From Phoronis australis (lineage: Eukaryota; Animalia; Phoronida), in NCBI GenBank assembly GCA_002633005.1, contig NMRA01000261.1:434001-498000 (forward strand): DNA of 64,000 nucleotides. The letters run 5' to 3'. Below are positions 23,370-36,430 of the stretch, piece by piece. The stretch's first letter is position 1, and each line of letters begins with the position of its first letter. The notes below the pieces were generated by a model. That model worked only from the letters and a program-made list of their open reading frames with translations, ran no database searches and was not told the DNA's origin. Both the position numbers and the translations under genes were made by a program.

Positions 23370-24960
23370 TGAGACACCATGTTCACAGTCTCGACAGTCA
23401 CACAACTTTGAACATGGCATGCCCGACTTCAAACAAGAGCACACTTTTGTACTACAAACACTCCTTTTATATTTGCAATTAACATTTTTCATGACATTTT
23501 TTGGGGCTAAAGTCAGAGTCATCCAGTCGAAATTCAGACTACACTACTTCAAAAGTCACTCGTTACCAACTGGAGATGGTGCACTGACATGCTGTTGCAA
23601 GGCTCATTTGTGACTGGCATGCTGGTAGTTTGCTTTTTTGGCATGTAACAGCAAACAATCATGATTAGGAGGCAGAGATGATTCCATCACAGATTTCAAC
23701 CTGGATATGAGATAACGTGCTTTGTTAACTGTTAATGAGGAGCTTGCATACAAACTGTTCATTGTCTTCCATGAGTTGACCAGGAAATGCAAAATAATGT
23801 TGAGCCCAATGACAAAGTTTAAAAAATATCTGTTTCATCTAAACACTTCAGCCTTAAATTGTTATAGTAATCCTTTTTACTGAAACAGACAACCAAAATG
23901 CTCTTCACTTTAGCCAACAAGTGAAATTTTATTTTGTTAAGTGCTCAGCAAAAGTGAGCATTAAGAGAAATGAGCAACATTACTAGCATTGATTGCACCG
24001 ACAGTTGCCAATTAAGACACAGAGAAATTTTATCATTCTTAATACCGTAGTTCAGCCTTTGAAAATAGAGGAATGGTCATTTTGGCAATAGTTTTTATAT
24101 GCGCTAACTGCGAAGCGATACCGAAGCTAGTTTACAGTGAAACAACACGTGTAGATGAGTTAAAAGGTCATATATATTATGATAAAAAACTACTACAGAT
24201 ATCGGTAATTACAAAAGTTACATAATATGTTGAACTGTAAAATTCCCAACACAGCTCATGTTTATGCATAAAAGGGTCAGCAAATAGACTTGGAAGTTCA
24301 TAAAGAGTAGAGCTGATCACTCACATGTAGGTAAAAACTACAGCCAGTATCTTTGAGATTGGGACGGCTAATACTGTAAATTTATCGATGATCAAGCAAA
24401 CTAATTCTTTTTTCTCTGTCCTAAACTTAAGATTTGTACCATAGATGTTGGTTTTTTGAATTAAGAATAGGCAGACCTATTTACAAGTTAATGTTTGGAA
24501 ATGGGATAGATTTTCAAGTTTTCTTTTGTTTGTGAAGTTCCCTGTGATGGACTTTGATTTGTGGCAAATGATACATTGCGGTGACAGCACATGTAAATTT
24601 CTTTGAGCAATGTGAAATAGAACTGACAGTGACAATCTCCTTAATTTTCTAGTAGGTTCAACACTGTTTCGTTCATCAGCTTGGTCTTTTCTTTTTTAAG
24701 AGCTGTTTCGATTCGGTACATCCCTGTGTCTTTAATACTGATTGTGATAAAATAGCTCTGTTTTTTACAAAAACTTGAAAACTTCTCAGCAATAATACTT
24801 TTCTTGCATTCAATGTTGATCTATTTGTTTGCAGTAGCCTTAACCACGTAGTATCTGAAAATTCCAGGAGCTCAGAATTATAAGCAGAATCTGAGACACG
24901 AATGCAACAAGGAGCAGACAACTTGCCAGTCTCTTGTGAAGTCGCACACTCATTCAATAA
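23370..24960 (-). pseudogene. Academ-like DNA transposon transposase relic (LPP..HxxRA.YQ motif + C-terminal Cys-rich CXC-type finger)
   Basis: SLPPNHDCLLLHAKKANYQ...PSP...DWMTLTLAPKNVMKNVNCK...CSTKVCSCLKSGMPCSKLCDCRDC at ~23680-23378 with internal stops; N-terminal-like pieces (VLSPQCIICHK, EFSDTTW) at 24560-24960. Family assignment is from recalled motifs. Confidence 0.6.
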
Positions 24961-25454
24961 TTCATGGTTTCAGCTGAGTCCTAGCTGGCCCAAAACCGTG
25001 CTGTTTGCGGTAGCACAAAATGATCCAGGAACATGACAAGAATTTTACATGTAGGCATATGTATGTCAGTATGACACTTGTCACTTGACTTGGCTTTTCT
25101 CAATTCCAATCTACTGCCTGCTGGTTTATGAGCCTTGACAATTGGTAATTGCCAATTTAGTACTCCAACACCCATCCAAGAATTAACACTTTTCAATGTA
25201 GACAGTAGCTATAAACAAGTTAGCCAAGCCAACAGGATGACATCAGTTGGCTGTCCTCTGATGAATGCTTTCATCATAGACTATAGTACATGGACCGCCA
25301 ACTCCGTATACTTTCAATGGACGAAATCTGTGAGCTTACACACAAGCCCTTACGCAGAATAGTGAATGTTGGCCAAATCCTTTTGTCCACTGACGTCACA
25401 AGCATACTGGCGCCCCCAGTGGAGGCCCTGAGAACTCGTAAACTCAGATCCATT

Positions 25455-26098
25455 TTCAAGTGTCAAATTCGGAACACGGCGCAATCGTAACGGAACTATG
25501 GCTACATATGTAAGTATAGGATCTCCCGCGATATCCCAGGCGACCGGCAGTGGTGCTGTGCACTACGACTCCGTTTCTGTCGTCTGCTCCACTGTGCAAT
25601 GAAGAAAATAACTTCATTTTTTTAAAGAAAATGGAAGCTGAGTGACGATGAAAAAACAAGCTGCTGGTAAGATGAGATGTGAATTTTAATCGAAGCCTTA
25701 GTGAATCACTCAGAAACTCATAATTCTCTCTTTGTCAAATGTTAACTTAAGACGATTTCCAAAGCAATCGCGTCATTATTGCCAACACGAAAAACGGATT
25801 TGGTCTTTTGGGCAATTGAAGACTATTTTAAATACAACAAATTTGTTACGAACCGATTGCACAAAATATAAAACGTGTAATAAGCATTACAAAAAGAATT
25901 AGGTTTCGCGCGCAAACGCTGTGGACCAGAAACAAGTAGGTCTCGTTGAAACTAATTAAGAGTTCAAATCGTAGTGGTGTAGTACTACAGCTTATTATTT
26001 AAAATGTGGTAAAGCACGCGCGCTCTACAATCGTGATTTGCGCAAATGCTTACAGACAAATGTTGGGCCCCCCTTGTGATATCCTAGATCCGCCACTG
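25455..26098 (-). mobile_element. Truncated copy of the hAT-like element at 62344-63226, inverted
   Basis: ~600 bp reverse-complement match to 62344-63068; terminus CCCCCCTTGTGATATCCTAGATCCGCCACTG present; other end missing. Confidence 0.85.
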
Positions 26099-26099
26099 A

Positions 26100-26880
26100 T
26101 CTGCAAAGCAGTATTACTGATACATGGCTGAACGTCTTCCAGTCCATCTACACCTGTATACCAACTTCTCTGTGAGTTTCGATCCCTGTTCCGAACTACC
26201 TCCGGTGATGGGTCGCCAGCGCTGATCAAGCCCCATCTGGGAACAGGTGTTGCTGGTATTACTTAATTCAAATCCAATTGCACGTCATCTCAGCTGCTTC
26301 AGCAGCATCTCGTATCAGTCTTCTCTCAGTTGTCTCTGGAAAGCCAATGTTCCTTTTCAGGTTTATGTTTGATGTGGCTGGAAATTCGCTGCTGCCCACT
26401 GTACCTCCACTGCACTAACATGTCTAGCCATTGCTGGCACAGTTACTCCTTAGGACTTCGTATTAGTTAACTGCTTCTTTTTATTGGTCTCCTTAACTAA
26501 AAAGGTACGTTTATAGTTCTGTTAATACCGCTTGGTACGTTGTATCAGAGTACTGCACTATGTCAGCTCTCGGAAATTACTGAGCAACAGGCTGTGGTGC
26601 CTGTGTCATCAAGTCGACTGCAGTCTTCCAATCGTCTGCATTATAAATAATCCCTTTAGGTGACGCCTTCGCTCGTCGTTAGGCTGGTTTGTCGATCTTC
26701 CTAAGTTTGACAAGCGTGACTGCTTGCTCTTTGATATTGGGCCCAGTTCTTCTAATTTATTCGTATTTGTATTTGCTATTACCTTGAGTACTGGTTTGGT
26801 ACCACGTATACCGACGGCTGGGTGTAAGACGGCAGCATATGCTCCAAACTGCACCACTTGGTAGCGAGAATATCTTAAGG
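26100..26880 (-). mobile_element. 5'-truncated HERO/NeSL-like non-LTR retrotransposon relic (CCHC region + restriction-like endonuclease + 3' UTR)
   Basis: Frameshifted minus-strand translation: SLEHML...RYTW..VLKVIA...GIIYNADDWKTAVDL...RADIVQYS...VLTEL...RRLIRDAAEAAEMTCNWI*IK; follows the HERO pattern HIL..GRYTWRH.QVL / RPDIV / ELT / EAAE..S.WIW. Confidence 0.7.
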
Positions 26881-28794
26881 TTATTGGGTATACTTTACCC
26901 CTTTTTTGTTCCGTTTAACCTATTCCCAAAATTTTAATCTGGTTACCTCATCTGAAAAGGTTCTACGGGATGGATCTTGCATTCCATTCAGTTTTGGGCT
27001 CCAGTGCCCGGTTGTATGAAGCACTTCCGAATAGGCTCTCAACTAAGTTCTCTAAATCTTTTGTATATTTGTTTCGTTGCATTCGCACAGGTGTAGTATT
27101 TTTATCATTTTACCTTTATTATAAACTCTTCTTTGGCTAATGACATTCTTTAATGATATAAGTGGAAACTGAGCCCTTAATTCAGTCAAAAAAAATAGGA
27201 ACTTAGTCCTTAAATTAGGGGCGTTGCGTTTAAAGATCCCTTACTTATTTTCAAGAATTTTGAAGATTCAACAAAAACTTGACTCTAGATTTGTATCAAA
27301 GCCAAAAATTGACTTACAAATGGTTAACATGAGCTTCATGGCCAATATGAAAAGTCCCGACTCTGCTCAATCCGTCGTTATCCCCTTCCGAGGTTCTTGC
27401 TGTGATGGTGCAGACTGTCAACCCCTTCATGGTACAGGAAGAGAAATACTGAATCAACACGGCTGCAACAGAGTCTGACTGGTTAACTGAATGTGATATA
27501 GACCTCTAGGTCATACCTAAAACACCATGCTTAGATTCTCTTTTTCTGCTCTCGCCTGGTGAATCAATTCGGACATCCGACTGTGTTGTGTTTCAAACAA
27601 CCCGAGGACCTGGGACGTCACTCCACTGGTTAGTTAATTGTTGATATGCATGTTGCCGATTACGAAATGCGTGCATGTAATTCTGATGGAAAAGATGGAG
27701 GGAAATATCTTGCCCTCGATAATGAGTAGTAACAACACATTGCATATGCAAAGATAGCTCATTGACCTTTAACTGACAGCTACTCGTATTCACCTTCACA
27801 AAAGCACTTAAAAGGGTACCAAATCCAGTTTTGGCCTGTTGACAGCGACTTTTCCACCGAGCTCTCTAAACTAAAATAATGCTCTGTAATCCTCATCAAC
27901 CCTCAAAAGTTGGTAGCAAATTTTAAAACTCCTGAAAAAGGCAGCTGAACGGGTCTGCACAACCTATGCTTTAGACGACAACTGGATAGAATTGTCACCA
28001 ATGTCCATTCTTTGACAGACAAACGACTATGTTGCACTGAGAGTATGAGAGAACGAAAACTGATGACTGAAATCACCTTTTAAATAAACTGCCCCACAGT
28101 GTGAATCTTGTGTATTGTCTTAGGGCCAGCGCAGACGGAGAGCTTCCGTATGCCGTGAAAATACGGTCTTTTCCTAGCTTACGCGTCGGGGCGGTAACAC
28201 CGTGAATAATACGCTTACAAGGAAGTCACGCATTTCTGAAGATATGCGGGATTTTCACCGCTCGTTCTTCTGAGCGGCGTGTACCAGGATCAAAGAGAGC
28301 GCGGACCCGGAATCACTGAGGTACAATTGTGATGACCGCATTGTCCGATGCGAGCAAGACCCAATTAAATGTTATTATCTGACTACAAACTGTATTAGAC
28401 ATCTCTGACTGTACATAATGGCGATTTTTAAAAATGCACTAGTAACCACTAATTTTCGTTATAAACGAACAACAGTATTCAGCTGGAAAAAACAACAAAG
28501 TACGGTTTTCGATTTTTAAAAATTGATGAACTAATAATCTAAAAACTACGACCATTGGGTACGATTGAACATAAACTACCGTTCGTATTGATATACTCGG
28601 TGAATATACATACGCTGATCAGAGTTGACAATATCACATGGATTCGTTTTTTAATATTCTTTCAATCTCGTTTAATCAGATTTTTGACCAGGAAACAGTT
28701 GTACTTAAAGGAGCGTGCCACCCAAAAAACAACCCAATTTGTATCAAGTTAGATCGAGTAGTTCCACTCCATAACGACACGTACGGTTGCGTTA

Positions 28795-30492
28795 CCTGAC
28801 ACTTGACGGCAGACGGAGGTGTTGAAATTATCCAATGGCGTCATCGGTTTCAGACGCAGTCTTTTCAGCAGTTCACAACACGTACGGGTTACTGGTGTCA
28901 GCTCATCGCTTGAAGTCATCATTTAACACCAATAAATCATCAAACTTTGATGTAAAACCCTTGAAAATACACCGAGTTCTTATAAAAACGTGTTGTTTTA
29001 TTTCACTCTTACGCCGGATTTATTGGTATTTAGACACACCGTAGCCTACAAAGTTCGGGAGGCATAAGGTCCGTAGCAGGAGTTTGGGGTATGTTCGGAG
29101 ATAATTTCGAAGTATTTTCCGTGAGATTCAGACACGAGATCTGTGTTGTTTAGACTTGTGATTTTTGAGTTCTAAACACAAAACGCTTGTTATCCTGGCC
29201 ATTGGCTCGGAGCCCGATCAGGCCCATCGCGACCGGCCGGATTGACTCCGCCGTTATCCCGGCCAGCGGCTCGGAAACTGATCAGGAATCACGAACACAA
29301 ACCAGCGAAAGTTCAGTGGAAACTAAACTTCCAGTCAAAAAATACTATGTTAGTTAGCCAAAGTAATGTGCACGGTGATTATGTTGGTGAATTAGCCACG
29401 AAACTGCAAATCTACTTACTCGTCGGGGGGCCGCGAATTCAGGTTCCGCTTTGGCCACAGCACCGTCAGGACAGAAGTTGTACATTGAAAATCATTATTT
29501 GAGTAACGTAAATGTAAATAAAGATTCCCCTAACACCTGGCCGTGGGATGGAAATCGAGTTGTTTCACAACAGTTTCTGCCAGCAAACACTAAATTACCA
29601 TGATCTCATACGGCCTAGGTGTCCCGTCAATTAGTTTTATTGCACCTAAAGCCGGTAACGCAGTGATTTATTCATGGCTGGCTTCTCAAATCATTTGCAC
29701 TCACGAACACTCCAATTAAGGCATTACAAATTGCATCTAATGAGCCAGACTTTGTTTCAGTTTTATATATTAAGTATTGGTTAGGGTGAGAATAATTCAT
29801 TTTGAAACAGAACGCTCAGTACTAAACGCCAACATGGCAACTCGCAATCCCGACTTGGGACGAGCTAGAGCTCGATCAGTCCCGACTTCGCAGGTGGATC
29901 GTTAAGTTTTACAGGCTATCAATACGAACAGGAATACAGTGATGAAGAGGCGCCGTGAACAAGCTCAGACAACGGAAAGTATGGAGTTATTTGGTAAGCC
30001 GGCATTCGTCAGGCACTGTCGACGTCTGCAGGCCACAGACACGGAGATGTTTCACGGCCTCATACTTGCTATTTACAGCGTACATTTCATTCTTCACTAC
30101 CATGAGCCACTTCCTAAGCATTTCGGACTCTCGAGGAAGTAAAAGAAAAACGATATACCCGCTTTCCTCGCAGCTGCTTAGTTTGGACAAGCGGGAACGA
30201 TGCACCGCAACATAGCGGCATTCACTCTGCATATGAGCCACTGACGTCGATAGCGTCGTTTCTCACCTTCCTCACAGGTTAACGCGACACCTCTTGGCAA
30301 GGTAAGGTCGACTGTATGCAAGGCGATGTGGATATAGACCGATTAAGACTGCAAAAAAGACTAATTACATGTAAATCGGGTGGCATTCTCCTTTAACCCG
30401 TGTTGTGTGAACTTCTGAACACTGAGAGTGCGTGTGAAACCAATTACGTCATTGGATAATTTCAACACCTCCGTCTGCCGTCATGTGTCAGG
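28795..30492. mobile_element. TA-flanked element with ~95-bp TIRs nested in the Kolobok element
   Basis: TA|CCTGACACTTGACGGCAGACGGAGGTGTTGAAATTATCCAATG... is inverted at 30396-30492|TA. Confidence 0.7.
30026..30213 (-). pseudogene. THAP zinc-finger relic of an inner Kolobok fragment (~28892-30392)
   Basis: MLRCIVPACPN*...GISFF, frameshift, LPRESEMLRKWLMVVK...KHLRVCGL fits the THAP signature C-x4-C...P...W...RVC; starts ~180 bp inside a second GGGTGGCATTCTCCT|TTAA end at 30378-30396. Kolobok transposases are known to carry an N-terminal THAP. Confidence 0.7.
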
Positions 30493-30504
30493 TAGGTGTG
30501 GGGT

Positions 30505-31068
30505 AGTCGCGCCAGCACGCAGGTATCACTAAATTTTCCTTGTTAAATTTTTTACACCGGCGTTTCTGATTAGCTAGTCGAATTCTCAACAGGCAGCACT
30601 TTACGCGAACAAACTGGCATGACTGATGGACTGAAGTTTAATTGTGGTCTGTTGTACAGGCAAATCGGTGCTTAAAATTTATGTTCAGGAAATGTGAAGC
30701 CTAGAAATTGTGATTGCGCCTTTTCGGAATGCATCTTTTTACTGTCGATGACTTTTGTTTACGATAGTGTCCTGCATTCATACAGTATGAATAACACACC
30801 GGTTAAATCGACCACTTTTTGTGGAGTGTTTATTGTACATGTATGTGCTTGAAGCACGCGGCTATTAAACATCACTGCAGAAACGAAATAGTTGCTGCGA
30901 CGCCACTTGCATGATAAGGCTAAAAATAGTTCACAGTCCGCCGTTTTTTCACGGTGTTGTAAAGCTAACCAATGACTGCCGAAGTTACATCGACCAATGC
31001 TAAAGCGCGTGCCAGTGCGTGATACCTGCGTGCTGGCTGGGCTAAGCACGCAAGGAACCAGCAAGACG
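30505..31068. mobile_element. MITE copy of the 38764-39365 family inside the Kolobok element
   Basis: Collinear similarity with 38800-39365; internal IR CCAGCACGCAGGTATC / GATACCTGCGTGCTGG. Confidence 0.7.
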
Positions 31069-34000
31069 AACCTGCCGTTATCGAGTAGAACTACTCGATC
31101 TAAATTGATACAAAATAGGTTGTTTTTTGGGTGGCATTCTCCTTTAAATTGTGCCCACTTAAATTTGTTTATTACTGACAAAGAGCTAGAATAGTTATAT
31201 AGTCAGTGCCACCAAAATTGTCCAGAGATTCCAATTCTTCAGTTTGGTTATCACCATATTTGCACTTTTGTATATATTTTCGGATTTGAATTCTAAAGAA
31301 GATTAAACTTTAATGAAATGTTTAGTGCACCTGTAATGTGGAAAGTTTAGGGATGGGCTCACAATGAACTAAACTAATTAAGTTTCGCTGGCGATCAAAA
31401 TCTACAAATGTTTTGGCAAGTTTAAAACTTAGATGAAAAGTTATCAACCCGTTCCAGGTAAAAAAAAACAAGTGGGAAGAAGCATTAAAAATTAAATAAA
31501 GAAAACCAATTCGAAACATATCGTTCCTTTGGGAAGTGGCCCTTTGGGAAGATAAACACAAGTTAACCTTTTTAGTTATTTTGTAATATTTATAATGTAC
31601 CAAGTTAAAATTACTCTCGAGAGTTGCAGGGTGTAACCCTGCAAATGTCAGAGAAAACCAAATTGGGGGTACTATCAACAACCATTGTTGAGACCCTAAT
31701 GCTAGCAAGTACCTTTCCACTTCATTAGCTCAGATCTACTTCAATACAAAGGGCGTGCTGAATAGGCATCGTAAAAGTTGTCTGGGGCTCAGGGAATTAG
31801 AGCGGTCACCAGTGTAAGCGAGAAATTCTCCACTATGTAGAGATGAATGCCTCAATTGTTGGACTTCTTTCATCTTTACGCTTTTATAGTATGAGGGCGA
31901 GGTGAGCTTAGCCGGTTGCCTTAGCTAATGAAAATCATCCGATAGTTCCGACAAACTAGCACAAGTAGACGCGTAAATATGCTCTCATTTGCCGTTCAGA
32001 CATACGCCAGGCCTTGAAAATTTGCGTTTTTTTAACAAAAACTGGTTTTCGTGCGAAGTTCGCTTCTTGTCATCAATTTTTTAAGCGATGCAGAAGGCCA
32101 GGAGTCAATTGAAACATATAGCCGACTGTCGTATGAAAAAGTTAATGTTGTAATAAAACTTACAGTTCTCCACCAGTCCACGACCACTCCTCAAGTGAAA
32201 ACAATTTTCCCATTTATTTCCTACCGCCTGTTATTAAGTTTCACGAACCGTGTATCCTAAAAATCCGTAGTCTGTGTAGCTACAAAATTGTCTTGATAGC
32301 CAGTCTGAATGGTTGAGCCTTGGCGAAGCCATAGAAGTTTGGGTTATTGCACAGTTGACGACTAGGAAACTGTCTTCACGACATTAGACACCAATTAAGT
32401 TTTCTTGGAGGCCACTGGTGGCCTGGTGCATAGAAAAAGGAATACACGAGTCCTGTCAGAGAGGCGCGTTTCCGTAAATCACATATGCTGTCACTCACAT
32501 TTGTTCAATATATTTGATTGATAGCCTGATGTCGTGGTTTTTTCAGAAACTAATCTGCGTGATGGAAGGATATACCACTGATTTCGGGTCAAATGTAAAC
32601 AGTCGCTTAATGACTTAACCATCAAATTTTAACTTCATTTCTTTCATTTGAGAACCACTCTTAATGTTTAGCACAATGATAATAAGGCCTTTTGAGCACG
32701 GCCAGCAAGTGTGATATTAGCAACATGAAACAGGCCCCATGGAGCTAGCGGACTTTCAGAAGCGACTGAAGTCACAACTTATATCGTTGGAAGGAAGCTA
32801 ATGGGTCGGAAACAAAACAGGGGCTCTGACCGGGCCGCTAAACCCAATGTGGGTGGTTGTAGCCTAATGATACGGCGAGAAGGTTCATCTTCGAATTCTA
32901 CGACAGTCGGTTAGTTATCATCCGAGCTCTTCAAGAACCACATATATTGTCTTGGCTCGTGTATTCTGACTAGGCCTACCTCGGTGGCAAAACGGACCCC
33001 AAATCACTTGGGTGATTGCTGATAACGGTAATGGGTCATGTTATGCCAGCCAATAGGTCTGGCCTAATTAAACGTGCATCTCACGAATCTCATGATTCCA
33101 ATAAATGTGACCATGTTATATGAATTTTGAGTATGAAAATTATTTGTAGTGTAGCGTAACAAACAACTAAAATTGATATGAGTTGAAACTGGAAAATTAA
33201 ACCCAGTCCACCCTACAAATTTATGTTGAGCAGAGCACACTAAAATAGTTTTCATCAGAAAAACTTTCCCTCGGGAACTCCACAGAATGTCCAATATTCT
33301 CCTGCCGAAATGAGAACATGCGTTTACCCACTGACACCTTTAAAAGGCTCCCCCTAAATAAATAGTCAGTTAACTATGAAGATGAAAACAGATTTACCAC
33401 AACAGGAAATTGAATAGTTTGCTTATTTCAGTGCCATTCAACATTCCCATGTATTTGTATGGTTTAGAGAAAATCCGTGAGGTCTACAAAGTCAACTAAT
33501 GCGTAAATTTGTCATCGGAAATAAAGATACAGAGCTGAGCCACTGAAACAGCAGTATAACATCTGCTTAGATATGTTTGCGGCAGGCTGAGGCAAAGTCT
33601 CGAATGCTAGTAGACGTTTTCCTCTTTCACAGAAGCTGAAATTATCAAGAAATGACAAGATAACTGAAAATATAATACTGTTATACTACAACAAAAATCC
33701 AACGATTAAATGACAGTAATTCAGCAAAAATAGTTTTCTTCCTGCAGAAAGCGAACCTAACTATCAAAGTGTATTGATCACATTTGTTTTTGGCCAAAAT
33801 ATGAGTACGAATTAATTACAATAAACCGAAACATTGAAGTATTTGGTTTCAGGAACACAAGTTATCCTGTTAATACTTGCACTCGTGTTTCTTTTTCGAA
33901 TAATGACACTAATCATGGCACAACTTGGTGGGGACGGACAGTCATGCACCGTTCAAACCCAAAACAAAACATCATTGTCGTGAATAAAATCCACAATATT

Positions 34001-36069
34001 GTGACCAAACTGCACTGTGGGAAAGGGGGAGTCATCTGTATTCGAACGTTTTGGTACATAATCGAGTTGATGCCGCCCAACGGCCGCTGGTGTGAACTGC
34101 ACCTGTTGATCGCAGTGCCCTCATACGATCGAAATCATCAAAGGCACATTCACGCAACATCTAAAAGCAAAAAGAAAGTATTTGCGACAGATTAGGGGAA
34201 TGAATATATTTTGCTTTTAGCTTGGCTTGCTTATTCTGACATATATTTTCGAGCCCCAATTTTAGCTGACCGTGCTTTTATGGACCATAAGCACAATTTC
34301 TTGTTCAGTCATTCTCCGTAAATCGTTGATCTGCACATAAACTAATCTAAGCTCATCGAAAATCAAACACCATTTTCCAATATTCATTAGTAACGAATAT
34401 TGCCCGTTTGTGGACCAAGAAGGTGGGCGATCACAGTGGTTACATTTTACCGGGCCCTGATTGGCCGGAATTAACATGTTGATTGACATGTCAAAATTAT
34501 CCATTATTTCATCACTTAACAACACTCTCTCAATCGCTCATTGTAGTCGTGTGTACACGTACATTTACGTATTGATTAAAGGGAACAGTGCATATTTTCC
34601 CCGCTCTTTGCTTCGTAACGTGAGGTAAATTTCACTTGAGGCAGCCAGCTCAGCTTGTAGCTTTCCAGCAGGTCGTCTGTACTGGTACGGCCTTAAGTGT
34701 CCTAGACGTTATAATCCATGTGCTGATTTCAATGTTATGCAGGATCGTACCGAAAAGTGTGTGTGTTTAGCTAAATGTCTACAAATCTACCAATTTTAGC
34801 TCAGTAAAAGTTTTAACTCAATTTGCCTTTATTTGGATCATGTCTTCTTAGTAAAAGTAAAATTTACGAAAAAGGACAGAAACATTCATAGCAAAACAAC
34901 GGCATAAATAACATGCTCAAATTACGCTTGACATAAATGCTCCAGATGCAACCTCAAAAATGTTGCTGCAGTTTTCTAAATTATCATTTCGGTTTTTGCT
35001 TTACCCAACTTTATCCAGATTTTTCCATGAAAATCGTAAAAGACAGCTGTTTCTGAAGGTTTTTCAAAAACCATATCATCAGAAAGTTCTGTGTGAATCC
35101 GATCTACCATTTCTGAGAAACAATGTTCCAAAGTTATTAAAAAAATTTGTAGGGTTCTACATAACCTTTAACTCATCAGAATTGTTCGCAAGTGTATTAG
35201 CTCCTCCAAGGCAACTATCGTCATCCTGTGTTGGAATTGTAATTGGTTGCAATGAATCCCATGGAACTCCCCCTGCTGGCCATTTAGGTCTACTGTCTTG
35301 GCGACTGAATCTTACCTGCTGTGAGAATAAGGAACTTAATGGGATCTGGATTGAACCAGTGAAAAATCTTGTCACTTTTCTCCAACTAGGAACCATTTCT
35401 AATCTGAGAAAAGAACAAGACGAGATCTATCTCACACTAAAAGTAAATTGCCTAAATTAAAAGTTACTTTTGACAGAAGGTAGACCTTTTTTCGAGACAG
35501 AATCAAATAAATTTTTATCTCGTTTTCTTTGACGCCATTTTACTTATCTTGGTAATGTTCCGTAGACTACGTTTCTTGCGAGAAGAACAAGAACTCGCAA
35601 GACTTCGCAAAATCACGCACGTGAAAAGGCCGCAAGAATAATGTCCACTCTCCTTGTGCGGTGTTCCTATAACACTTTTGTATCACAGATGACAGCCGAG
35701 GGTAATTGGCTAAGGATGAGGGAAGAGGAATCCTTTTAATAACTTGTGGTTCTGTGTATGTGTTGAGGCTTGAGTAGCTGCGCACGTAGTAATGACCGAG
35801 GAGGAGTCTTACTGCACAAAAAACAAAGGGTTCCAGGGTTTTCTAATATGACACTGCATGCAGTTTTGTAATGTATCACGAAAAAAGTGGATGAGCTATA
35901 ATCACTCCAAGGCAGGGTTAGTTCTAAAGACGTGTACAACATTCGCACCTTAACCAACCACGGTAGTAGAACATTTCACCACTCTGCTACCAAACTATAC
36001 GTGCAGCCTTAAAGAACACACAAAATGTAACCGCTCTTAAAGGAAAGTTTAAACAATTCTCCCTTCTTA

Positions 36070-36430
36070 ATTGTATATACGACGATTTATACTTTATTTG
36101 TACGATTTTAAGATCTTTTTTAAAATTTATTTTGCGTGTATTACTATTTATTTCATTTTAATTTACTTGCTAGATAATTTATGTATGCATTTCATGATTC
36201 TTCTACACGTCTCTCTTATTTCCAATGTTTTTGCTTTATTTGTCATTTATCGGCGAATGTTTTATTGTTTAATTTCTTTGTTACGGAATATTTGTTTCGT
36301 GTCTTTCACTTATTGCTCTAGGGTTTTATGTATTTATTTTTGTACATTATTTTAAGTGAGCCCTGTGGGAGAACAGTGAATATTACTGAACAGACTATCC
36401 ACTATATTTAAAGATTTCAAATTATTTCAA
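36070..36430 (+). mobile_element. Possible L2/CR1-type 3' tail
   Basis: T-rich region, hairpin CAGT-GAATATT-ACTG, then TTAAAGATTTCAAATTATTTC. Confidence 0.3.

Larger units (their letters stand above)
28709..31143. mobile_element. Kolobok-type element with TTAA TSD, ~75-bp TIRs and further nested insertions
   Basis: TTAA|AGGAGCGTGCCACCCAAAAAAC...GTTTTTTGGGTGGCATTCTCCT|TTAA; the paralogous site at 49802-49805 is empty with a single TTAA. Confidence 0.85.
28199..31836. mobile_element. Unclassified ~1.2-kb non-autonomous element (copy 1), split by a 2.4-kb nested insertion
   Basis: 28199-28708 plus 31144-31833 align closely with the uninterrupted copy at 49319-50514; imperfect terminal IR sharing CGCTTACA. 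Confidence 0.8.

Noticed and set aside
24662-24681. Hammerhead core CTGATGA-AC-GAAAC on the minus strand
   Set aside because: No stem II and no flanking stems; probably chance.
34960-35460. 166-aa plus-strand ORF
   Set aside because: No recognisable domain or exon structure; composition fits non-coding DNA.
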